Of a stretch of 64,000 nt of DNA, positions 53,201-61,073 are shown piece after piece (positions within the stretch are counted from its first letter, which is position 1; each line of letters opens with the position of its first letter). The DNA comes from Patescibacteria group bacterium (GTDB taxonomy: Bacteria; Patescibacteriota; Patescibacteriia; Patescibacteriales; WJLG01). Made by a program: the position numbers and the translations under genes. The notes under the pieces were generated by a model, which searched no databases, was not told the origin of the DNA, and worked only from the letters and a program-made list of their open reading frames with translations. Where the stretch lies: the NCBI GenBank assembly GCA_028707065.1, contig JAQTUZ010000006.1:7367-71366 (forward strand), given 5' to 3'.

Positions 53201-53551
53201 CTAGCAATCGCCCACCAGCCGTAGCAAGTCGCTGGCCCTGATTCCATCAGGAAGACGAGCATAAAAATAAATAACCATCAGGCCAAGGAGCGTGAGAGAA
53301 GGATTTTTGTCAGGGAAAACACCGTGGCAAAAATGCAAAGTAGCCGCTACTTGGGCATCGCTAGCCCGGAAAATCAGGCAATCGATCGAATGAATGATCT
53401 GGTTGATCCGGAATAATTCTTTTGTTTCTGAGTTAAAAACATCCGCGATCTTCGGATCCAGCTCCCGGGGAACATTAAGAACTATTTCCCCAATGTCCAG
53501 TAATTTGACCGCCTTTTCAGCCACATCGCTCATGGCATTGGAAAGCTCCAT
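53201..53551 (-). CDS. Hypothetical protein (about 116 aa)
   Basis: ORF on the operon strand. The track start at 53557 is TTG, so ATG 53551 (MELSNAMSD) is preferred. No recognisable motif. Confidence 0.5.
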   Translation of the reverse strand: MELSNAMSDVAEKAVKLLDIGEIVLNVPRELDPKIADVFNSETKELFRINQIIHSIDCLIFRASDAQVAATLHFCHGVFPDKNPSLTLLGLMVIYFYARLPDGIRASDLLRLVGDC

Positions 53552-53641
53552 TGTCAATCCTTTCGCTAAATTGTTAAGAACAAACTTAATCTCCCTAACC
53601 TAATACTTTTAGGATTGTTTGTCAATCGGCTGACAAATTTT

Positions 53642-55675
53642 TTATTTCGCCAAATTGAACGCAGTGCTGGTGGCATTGGGATTTTTTCCGCGGGTGAAAT
53701 AATATTGCATGATATCTTGCGCCACGTTCAAAGCGATCTGACTGCCCTCGATACCCTCCTCAACTAAAACCGTTACCACGATCTCCGGATTTTTATAAGG
53801 CGCGAAAGCCGTGAACCAAGCGTGGGGAACTTTATCCGTCCCCCATTGGGCCGTGCCGGTCTTAGCCGCCGCTTCCACGGGCAAACTTTGCAATTTTTGA
53901 GCGCTGCCTGATGTAACCACTTGCCGCATTCCCTGCCTGACCACTTCAATATTATAAGGATCGACCATATTCTGCCGGATAATTTTTGGCGCTACCGGAG
54001 TGATGGTTTGATCATTATTGGTCAAAACGGCCTTGACCACATGCGGCTGGTAAAGCGTGCCATGATTGGCGAAGACCGCCGTCCAATTGGCATTTTGCAA
54101 TGGCGTCACCAAAAGATCGCCCTGGCCGATAGCCAGATGATAAGTATCGCCGATATACCAGCTTTCGCCCCTGACCTGTTCTTTCCAGGCTTTGCTCGGC
54201 ACGAAGCCGGGCGATTCATTGGGCAGATCGATCCCGGTTTCCATCCCCAAGCCGAAAAGCAGCAGGTATTTGGCGATCCGATCCACGCCCAAACCGACAA
54301 AATTTTCATAACCGCCGCCAATATAATAAAAAAAAGTATTGATCGACCAAGCCAAAGCCCGGCGCACGTCAGTGATCCCGTGTCCGCCGGAAAGCCAATC
54401 GGGAAAGAACCATTGATTAACATGGATGCCACCGGTGGAATTCACCGTGGTGTGTTCGGAAATCACTTTTTCCTGCAGCGCCGCCGCCGCGATCACCATT
54501 TTAACCGTCGAACCGGACGGATATTCCCCGGAGATCGAACGATCAAACAGCGGATTATCCGGAGCATTGACCAGCGCTCCGTATTCGTCGGCAGTAATGC
54601 CGCGGGCAAAAAGCGTATTGTCATAAGAAGGCAAACTGATCAAAGTCAAAATTTCCCCGTTGTTCGGATCCATGATCACCACCGCCGCTTTATTTTCGAT
54701 CTTGGCCGCTTTCAAGCGCGCGTTCAAAATCTCTTCCGCTTTTTTTTGCAGATCATAATCAATGCTTAACTGGAGATCGCTGCCGTTAACCGCCGGCTGT
54801 TCGCTTAATACTTTTTTAGCCGAGCCCAGCGCGTCAACTTCAATCTTGGAAAAACCGCTCTTGCCTTTCAACGTGCTTTCCCAGGAATTTTCCACCCCGG
54901 CCTTGCCGATATAGTCGATGGGCGAATAATCTTTGCCGTATCGCTCAAGATCGGTGTCGCTAACCTTGCCGGTGTAGCCTAAAATATGTGAAAGCGATAA
55001 AACTCCGCCGGTAAGATATTGCCGCAGATCTTTGGTCGACAAAACAATGCCGGGCATATCATCAGCCGACAAATAAACCAGCATGGCTTTGTCATAATCG
55101 AGCTTATCAATGATAAAAATCGGCCGCGAATAATCCGCCGACCCGGGTACGATCTTAACGAGCTCGCCGCGCAGACTATTGAGCAAGGCTTCCTTTTTCG
55201 CCGCGTCGTCGGGAAAAATCATCGCACCGGCCTTGGCCAAGATTTCATTTCTTTTTTCCGGATCAAAAGGCATTTCGGACGGGATGAGATACAGAATGAA
55301 GTTGGCGGCATTGCGGACCAGCGGCCGTCCGGTTCGATCGTAAATTATTCCGCGTTTGGCTTCGATGCGCGCCGTTCTGACGCTATTGCCTTCCGCCATC
55401 GATGAATAATAATCGCCCTTGATCACCTGCAGCCAGGCCACTCGCGCGAGCAGCAAACCGCTGAAAACAATGATAAAAATTATAAAAAAATTCAGCCGGG
55501 AAAATTCAAAAGTCCGACCTACCACTTCGCCGATCTTTCCGCTCGGAATAAACGAACTTTCGATCCACTCCCGGAAATGAGAATATTTTTCCAATTTGCC
55601 ATTCTTAAAACCGCCATGCTTCAGCACGAACGGGTCGTCTGTTTTTAAATCATATTTTTTAGTCGAATTGAACAT
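53642..55675 (-). CDS. mrdA: Penicillin-binding protein 2 (elongasome transpeptidase)
   Basis: SxxK (SGSTVKM), SxN (WSINTF), KTG (KTGTAQ), N-terminal TM anchor; directly downstream of mreBCD. Confidence 0.92.
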   Translation of the reverse strand: MFNSTKKYDLKTDDPFVLKHGGFKNGKLEKYSHFREWIESSFIPSGKIGEVVGRTFEFSRLNFFIIFIIVFSGLLLARVAWLQVIKGDYYSSMAEGNSVRTARIEAKRGIIYDRTGRPLVRNAANFILYLIPSEMPFDPEKRNEILAKAGAMIFPDDAAKKEALLNSLRGELVKIVPGSADYSRPIFIIDKLDYDKAMLVYLSADDMPGIVLSTKDLRQYLTGGVLSLSHILGYTGKVSDTDLERYGKDYSPIDYIGKAGVENSWESTLKGKSGFSKIEVDALGSAKKVLSEQPAVNGSDLQLSIDYDLQKKAEEILNARLKAAKIENKAAVVIMDPNNGEILTLISLPSYDNTLFARGITADEYGALVNAPDNPLFDRSISGEYPSGSTVKMVIAAAALQEKVISEHTTVNSTGGIHVNQWFFPDWLSGGHGITDVRRALAWSINTFFYYIGGGYENFVGLGVDRIAKYLLLFGLGMETGIDLPNESPGFVPSKAWKEQVRGESWYIGDTYHLAIGQGDLLVTPLQNANWTAVFANHGTLYQPHVVKAVLTNNDQTITPVAPKIIRQNMVDPYNIEVVRQGMRQVVTSGSAQKLQSLPVEAAAKTGTAQWGTDKVPHAWFTAFAPYKNPEIVVTVLVEEGIEGSQIALNVAQDIMQYYFTRGKNPNATSTAFNLAK

Positions 55676-55698
55676 TTATTTCAAAATATATATTGCCA

Positions 55699-55797
55699 AA
55701 TGTAATACTAATAAATACGAATACATACTAATTTCGAATGTGTTTTTAGCAAGAATTCGTTATATTAGTATGTATTCGTATTCATTAGTATTACAAT
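55699..55797. repeat. Palindromic element of about 100 bp, copy B
   Basis: aaatgtaatactaataaatacgaatacatactaatttcgaatgtgtttttagcaagaattcgttatattagtatgtattcgtattcattagtattacaat. Confidence 0.8.
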
Positions 55798-55803
55798 AAA
55801 AAC

Positions 55804-56337
55804 CTACTTTTTGATAATAAATACCGGCTTCAGCCGATCGCTGATCAAATTGGTCAAATAGAAAAGGACCGCGACCGCCAGGAGATTCAAAACAAGGCCG
55901 TCCGCTAACCGCAACCAAAAATTTTTAACAAGCGGAAAAAACGCGGCTTTGTTTTCCGAAAAAAAACCGGCCGAATAAAAAACGAGGTTGAAAACAAAAT
56001 AATAAAAAATCGTGGCGAAAAAAGTCAGGCCAAAAAAAGAATAAAGGGAACGGTTGGTGAAAAAATTCTTAGCCAGAAAAGAAGTGAAGAGAAAGATCGC
56101 CGGCCAAAGAAAGATAAAAAATCCGAACCAAAGAGGAAAATACAGATCAAAAAACAGGCCAATCAAAAAAAACCACCAAATCGTTTTGTAACCTCCGCTC
56201 CATTCCAGGGAAAAAACCAAAAAAATGATCACCAAATCCAGCCCCCGCAGCCAAAGCGGCAAGGCGGAAATGAAAGCGATTTGCAGGATCACCAGCGCGA
56301 TGACCAAAACTAATTTGAAGAAAAGGCGAAGATACAT
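55804..56337 (-). CDS. mreD: Rod shape-determining protein MreD
   Basis: 177-aa polytopic membrane protein located between mreC and mrdA. Confidence 0.8.
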   Translation of the reverse strand: MYLRLFFKLVLVIALVILQIAFISALPLWLRGLDLVIIFLVFSLEWSGGYKTIWWFFLIGLFFDLYFPLWFGFFIFLWPAIFLFTSFLAKNFFTNRSLYSFFGLTFFATIFYYFVFNLVFYSAGFFSENKAAFFPLVKNFWLRLADGLVLNLLAVAVLFYLTNLISDRLKPVFIIKK

Positions 56338-56340
56338 TTA

Positions 56341-56430
56341 TGAAATTGGAAATTTGAAATTGGAAATTTGGAAACAAATATTTTTAAAACTAATTTCCAA
56401 TTTCTAATTTCTAATTTCTTGCCATTTATT
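56341..56430. repeat. AT-rich long imperfect hairpin (gaaattg/gaaattt heptamers) between mreC and mreD
   Basis: tgaaattggaaatttgaaattggaaatttggaaac ... ctaatttccaatttctaatttctaatttc. Confidence 0.75.
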
Positions 56431-56451
56431 CCTAAAATTTATAAAACAATA

Positions 56452-57264
56452 TTACGGGATAATTATTGAAACGATGGTTAAATTGTCGAGGTTCGCCGCC
56501 GGCTGGATATTGACGCTTTGCCAAATATCGTTGCTGCCGCGGTCCACTTTGGCCGCTTGGCCGATCAATAAGCCGCGGGGAATATTCGACTCCAATCCGC
56601 TGGTCACGACCAGATCGCCGACGCTGACACTTTCCACTTGCGGAATATAATCCATATTGATGGTCAAGCCGAGATTGCCGCCGGTTACGCCGATCGTCCG
56701 GTTGACATTCTGCAGCGTGGCCGCCATTTTGCAGCCCGAATTGGTGATCAGAGTGACGCGAGAAATTTTTTCTTCGGTCGCCGTAACTTTTCCGACTACG
56801 GCGCCAGTCTCGTCCAGCGCCGCCAATCCAGCCACGATCCCGTCGTCACGGCCCTTATCGATTACCAGATCGCCCAAACTTTCTTCCGGACCGTTTAAAA
56901 TCTCCCGCGAAATAACATTGGCTAAAACATATTTTTTTTGCTGCCCCGAGTCCAAAAATTTCAAATGCTGGCGCAAGACGGAATTCTCATCCTGTAAGTT
57001 TTTTAAAGAAGCGTTTTCCACGGTCAGTCGTTCGACTTTTTTTTCCAAATCCTCAACTTGCACGGCCAAATTTTCCTGCCGGACGCTATTGGAATATTTC
57101 TTATTAATCTCGTTTGACCAAAACTGCAAACGGGATGCCACCGGATTAAACACCAAGAAAAAAACTCTCTCCACCGGCGCCAACCAACCGACGAAATGCA
57201 AAAAAATAAGCAACCCCACGGTTGCCAGGAACAAAACTATTAATTTGAGATTAAATTTTTTCAT
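56452..57264 (-). CDS. mreC: Rod shape-determining protein MreC
   Basis: N-terminal TM helix, coiled-coil (LAVQVEDLEKKVERLTVENASLKNLQDEN), C-terminal beta domains. The track start at 57297 is TTG, so ATG 57264 (MKKFNLK) is preferred. Confidence 0.88.
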   Translation of the reverse strand: MKKFNLKLIVLFLATVGLLIFLHFVGWLAPVERVFFLVFNPVASRLQFWSNEINKKYSNSVRQENLAVQVEDLEKKVERLTVENASLKNLQDENSVLRQHLKFLDSGQQKKYVLANVISREILNGPEESLGDLVIDKGRDDGIVAGLAALDETGAVVGKVTATEEKISRVTLITNSGCKMAATLQNVNRTIGVTGGNLGLTINMDYIPQVESVSVGDLVVTSGLESNIPRGLLIGQAAKVDRGSNDIWQSVNIQPAANLDNLTIVSIIIP

Positions 57265-57354
57265 AAAGAATGGGAAAAAACAGAGAACAAAGAGCAAAGA
57301 ACAAAATTTATTTAAATCACCCTGCTCTATGCTCTATGCTCCCATGCTCTATGT

Positions 57355-58398
57355 TTAAAGTTCTTCGCTTCCCGGAGCCAGCACCTTCTTTAATAACTCG
57401 TTGTCTGATAATAGAATGCCCATGCCGCGAACCACGCAGGTTAAAGGATCGTCGGAAATACGCACTGGAATCTTGGTCGCGGCGGCGATCTGCTTATCCA
57501 AACCGCGCAACAGAGCTCCGCCTCCGGAAAGAAAAATGCCATTTTCGTAAATATCAGCCACCAATTCCGGCGGCGTTATTTCCAAAGTAAGTTTGATATT
57601 TTCAATGATCTTATTGATCGATTTGGCGATTGCTTCCCGAATTTGCGCGTCATCGACCATCACGGCTCGGGGCAAGCCATTGATCAGATCGCGGCCGCGG
57701 ACCTCCATTTCCATGTCTTCTTTTAGCTGAATGGCCGAACCGATCTTGATCTTCACGCTTTCCGCCACCTGTTCGCCGATCAAAATATTGAATTCCTCGC
57801 GGATATAATCGATGATATCGCTATCGAAACTATTCCCCGCCACATTCAAAGACTTATAAGTAACTACGCCGCCCAAGGAAATTACAGCAATCTCCGAAGT
57901 GCCGCCGCCGATATCCACCACCATATTCGCCACCGCTTCGGTTACCGGCAAGCGCGCGCCGATCGCCGCCGCCATCGCCTCTTCGATCAAAAATACTTCG
58001 CGGGCGCCGGAAGATTTGGCCGCGTCTTCGACCGCCTTTTTTTCCACTTCAGTGATATCGATCGGGATGCCGACGATCATCCGCGGCCGCGGAATGAGCG
58101 TAAAACTTTCACTATGGACTTTATCGACAAAATATTTCAGCATTTTTTCCGTCACTTCAAAATCCGAGATCACGCCCTCGTTCATCGGTTTGATCGCCTT
58201 GATATGCGACGGAGTTTTGCCCACCATTTTCCGGGCTTCTTCGCCCACGGCTAAAATTTCGTCTGTCCGCACATTGACGGCGACGACTGACGGCTCATTG
58301 ATCACAATCCCCTTGTCAGTCGTGTAAACCAGAGTATTCTTAGTACCCAGATCAATGGCCAAATCCTTGCTAAACTTTCCTAATAGCTTATTGAACAT
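57355..58398 (-). CDS. mreB: Rod shape-determining protein MreB
   Basis: DLAIDLGTKNTLVY, VVDIGGGTSEIAVISLGG, GIFLSGGGALLRGLDK; actin-fold signature. Confidence 0.97.
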   Translation of the reverse strand: MFNKLLGKFSKDLAIDLGTKNTLVYTTDKGIVINEPSVVAVNVRTDEILAVGEEARKMVGKTPSHIKAIKPMNEGVISDFEVTEKMLKYFVDKVHSESFTLIPRPRMIVGIPIDITEVEKKAVEDAAKSSGAREVFLIEEAMAAAIGARLPVTEAVANMVVDIGGGTSEIAVISLGGVVTYKSLNVAGNSFDSDIIDYIREEFNILIGEQVAESVKIKIGSAIQLKEDMEMEVRGRDLINGLPRAVMVDDAQIREAIAKSINKIIENIKLTLEITPPELVADIYENGIFLSGGGALLRGLDKQIAAATKIPVRISDDPLTCVVRGMGILLSDNELLKKVLAPGSEEL

Positions 58399-58446
58399 TA
58401 TAAAAACTCAGGTTAATAATCGATATTATTGTGCTAACATAATTTT

Positions 58447-58636
58447 TCAAAATCCTAAATTCAAAGCACAAAACTCAAAACAAATCTAAAATTAAAAAAC
58501 AAAAATTTAAAAAATTATATTGCATCGAAATTTTAGATTAAGATATTTTTTATCCCTGCGGGTAATAGACAGAAATTTTTGAATTTTGGATTTTAGATTT
58601 GTTTCGGATTTTGGATTTTGTGCTTCGGATTTTGCA
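58447..58636. repeat. Large imperfect inverted repeat between proS and mreB
   Basis: Left arm tcaaaatcctaaattcaaagcacaaaactcaaaacaaatctaaaat. Right arm attttagatttgtttcggattttggattttgtgcttcggattttg. About 100 nt lies between the arms. Confidence 0.7.
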
Positions 58637-58657
58637 GATTTAAACAATATTACATTT

Positions 58658-59911
58658 TTAGGCTAAAAAATCTTTTACTGGGCTATCCAATTTAATTAGC
58701 TTCACCTGATCGCTGTTTCTTTTCTTAACTTCCACCGCGCCTTCGGCGAGCGTCTTATCACTTATTACCAGCCTGATCGGGCAGCCGATCAGATCGGCTT
58801 CGGCGAATTTTTCGCCCGCCCCGGCTTCTTCCCGTTCGTCATACAAAACTTCAACCCCCTGCTCTTGCAATTTTTCATACAGCTGGTCGGCTTCTTTTTT
58901 GTTATTTCCCCAGCTGGCCTTGTTGCCCAATAAAATCAGATGAACCTTGAAGGGCGCGATTTCCTCCGGCCAAATAATGCCGCGCTCGTCATGGCAAATT
59001 TCCACCACCGTACCCATTGCCCGGGAAGGGCCGATGCCAAAGCAACCCATCACTACGTCTTTCTTTTCCCCGTTTTTATCGACATATTGCAATCCGAACG
59101 GGCTGGAGAAACGATTAGCCAGCTTGAAAATATTGCCGACTTCCACGGCTTTGGCTTCACGGAATTTTTTGCCGCCGCAAATCGGGCATTGCGTCTGCTC
59201 GGCGATGATTTCGCGATTGATGGCGACGCGGCAATTATCGCAAATGTAAATTATATCCTCGCCCGCCGCGCAAAGCGTCTGGAACTCGTGGGAATATTTG
59301 GCGAAAGAACCGCCGGAAGCATAAGTTAAATAGGTAATGTCCCCCAGGCCGAAACGGTCGAAAATCTTAAAATAAGCATGCTTGGCTACTTCATAGAATT
59401 TATCCAGGTCCGCTTGATCGGCATGGAAAGAATAGAGGTCTTTCATGGAAAATTCCCGGCCGCGCATGATTCCGGACTTGGCCCGCAATTCATTGCGGAA
59501 TTTAGTCTGGATTTGATAAGGCATGATCGGCAGGTCGCGGTAAGAGAATAAAAATTTCTTAGCCAGCGGCACGATAACTTCTTCATGGGTAGCGCCTAAG
59601 GCGTATTCTTTTTCGTCCGCGCCTTTCAGCTTGAAGAGAACGTCAAAAGCTTCCCAGCGGCCGGTTGTTTCCATGTTTTCTTTAGGAATTAAAACCGGCA
59701 TCAAAATTTCCTCGCCGCCGATCTTATCCATTTCCTCGCGAATAATATCGCTGATCTTCTGCAAGACTCGCAGTCCCAAAGGTAAAAAAGAATAAACACC
59801 CGCCGAAAGCTTGTCGATAAAACCGGCCCGGATCAAAACTTGAGCGTTAAAGCTTACTTCGTCTTTTGGCGCCTCTTTGGTCACTTTGGTGAAAAGCTTG
59901 GATTGAAGCAT
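58658..59911 (-). CDS. proS: Proline--tRNA ligase, bacterial type lacking the INS editing domain
   Basis: MLQSKLFTKVTKEAPKDEVSFNAQVLIRAGFI, FRNELRAKSGIMRGREF (motif 2), GCFGIGPSR (motif 3). Only 417 aa. CDNCRVAINREIIAEQTQCPICGG occupies the INS position. Confidence 0.92.
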   Translation of the reverse strand: MLQSKLFTKVTKEAPKDEVSFNAQVLIRAGFIDKLSAGVYSFLPLGLRVLQKISDIIREEMDKIGGEEILMPVLIPKENMETTGRWEAFDVLFKLKGADEKEYALGATHEEVIVPLAKKFLFSYRDLPIMPYQIQTKFRNELRAKSGIMRGREFSMKDLYSFHADQADLDKFYEVAKHAYFKIFDRFGLGDITYLTYASGGSFAKYSHEFQTLCAAGEDIIYICDNCRVAINREIIAEQTQCPICGGKKFREAKAVEVGNIFKLANRFSSPFGLQYVDKNGEKKDVVMGCFGIGPSRAMGTVVEICHDERGIIWPEEIAPFKVHLILLGNKASWGNNKKEADQLYEKLQEQGVEVLYDEREEAGAGEKFAEADLIGCPIRLVISDKTLAEGAVEVKKRNSDQVKLIKLDSPVKDFLA

Positions 59912-60025
59912 ATTAAAAGCAATTACAAATTATGAATTATAAATTATAAATTTATATTTTTAGCTTTACTGGTGTGCAAAAAAATTATACAGCTGCCAAA
60001 ACAAATTTTTACGGTCTTAGATTAG

Positions 60026-60054
60026 ATTTTATCGCAAAATCAAGGCTTTGTCAA
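60026..60054 (-). promoter_or_regulatory. Sigma70-type promoter for proS
   Basis: Minus strand reads TTGACA, 17 nt (aagccttgattttgcga), TAAAAT; about 115 nt upstream of ATG 59911. Confidence 0.6.
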
Positions 60055-60089
60055 AACAAAAAAAGGCCTGGCTCGATAAGCGCCAAGCC
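60052..60089 (-). terminator. Rho-independent terminator after secF
   Basis: Minus strand: ggcttggcgcttatcgagccaggcc hairpin followed by tttttttgtttt. Confidence 0.7.
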
Positions 60090-60117
60090 CCTTAATATCC
60101 GGCGGTCTTTTAATTTT

Positions 60118-60990
60118 TTAGGACTTCTTTTCAAAGAGAAGCAATAAAGGCGAAGCGAGGAAGATCGAGCTCCAGGTGCCGATGAAGACGCCGATGGCCA
60201 TCGCCAAGGTGAAGTCGCGGATCGAAGCGCCGCCGAAGAGGAAAATGGCGATCAAGACCAGGATCACGGTGCTGGAAGTATTGATTGAGCGCACCAAGGT
60301 TTGATTGATGCTCATATTGACCGTGCCTTCGAAGTCCAACTCGCTCTTGGGCAAATTTTCCCGCACGCGATCAAAAACGACGATCGTATCATTAATGGTG
60401 TAGCCCAGAATGGTAAGCAAGGCGGCGATGAACGGCGCGTTGATTTCCATCTCGGCGTATTTTCCTAAAACCGAGAAAGTTCCCAAAACCACCAAGACGT
60501 TGAAAGCCAGGGCAATCACCGAGCACAAGCCGTACTTCCACGATTCCACCGGGCGGGAGACCTTGCGGAAAGCGAAGGCGATATAAATAAGAATAATGAT
60601 AATGGAAACGACAACGGCGTAAAAAGTTTTTCTTTTCAATTCTGAACCGATTGACGGACCGACCGAATCAAAACGCAATTCTTCCACTGAAGAAGTGCCT
60701 AATTTTTCCAAAATCTTGGTATGGACCTGATTTTCCGTGCTTTGAAAGCGCAGGATCATATCTTGCTCGCCCACCGGTTGGACGATCAAGCCGCCCAAAT
60801 CAAGGCCGGATAATTTGTCCTGCACATCGGTCACCGTCGGCCGATCACCGTTGAAACTCAATTCTTGCAAGCTGCCGCCGGTAAAATCAATGCCGAATTT
60901 CAGATGCCAAATGAACAGCGCGGCAATCGAAGCAATGGCGAGAATTATAGCGATAGCGAACCAGATTTTTCGATGTTGGATTATTTTCAT
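60118..60990 (-). CDS. secF: Protein translocase subunit SecF
   Basis: 290 aa. GIDFTGGS, six TM segments, DTIVVFDRVREN motif; directly downstream of secD. Confidence 0.93.
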   Translation of the reverse strand: MKIIQHRKIWFAIAIILAIASIAALFIWHLKFGIDFTGGSLQELSFNGDRPTVTDVQDKLSGLDLGGLIVQPVGEQDMILRFQSTENQVHTKILEKLGTSSVEELRFDSVGPSIGSELKRKTFYAVVVSIIIILIYIAFAFRKVSRPVESWKYGLCSVIALAFNVLVVLGTFSVLGKYAEMEINAPFIAALLTILGYTINDTIVVFDRVRENLPKSELDFEGTVNMSINQTLVRSINTSSTVILVLIAIFLFGGASIRDFTLAMAIGVFIGTWSSIFLASPLLLLFEKKS

Positions 60991-60995
60991 ATTTT

Positions 60996-61067
60996 GAAAT
61001 TTGAGATTTGAAATTGGAAATTTGATTGAAATTAATGTCTAATCTCAAATTTCTAATTTCAAATTTC
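60996..61067. repeat. AT-rich long imperfect hairpin between secD and secF
   Basis: gaaatttgagatttgaaattggaaatttga ... tctaatctcaaatttctaatttcaaatttc (about 24 of 30 positions pair). Confidence 0.75.
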
Positions 61068-61073
61068 TGCAAT

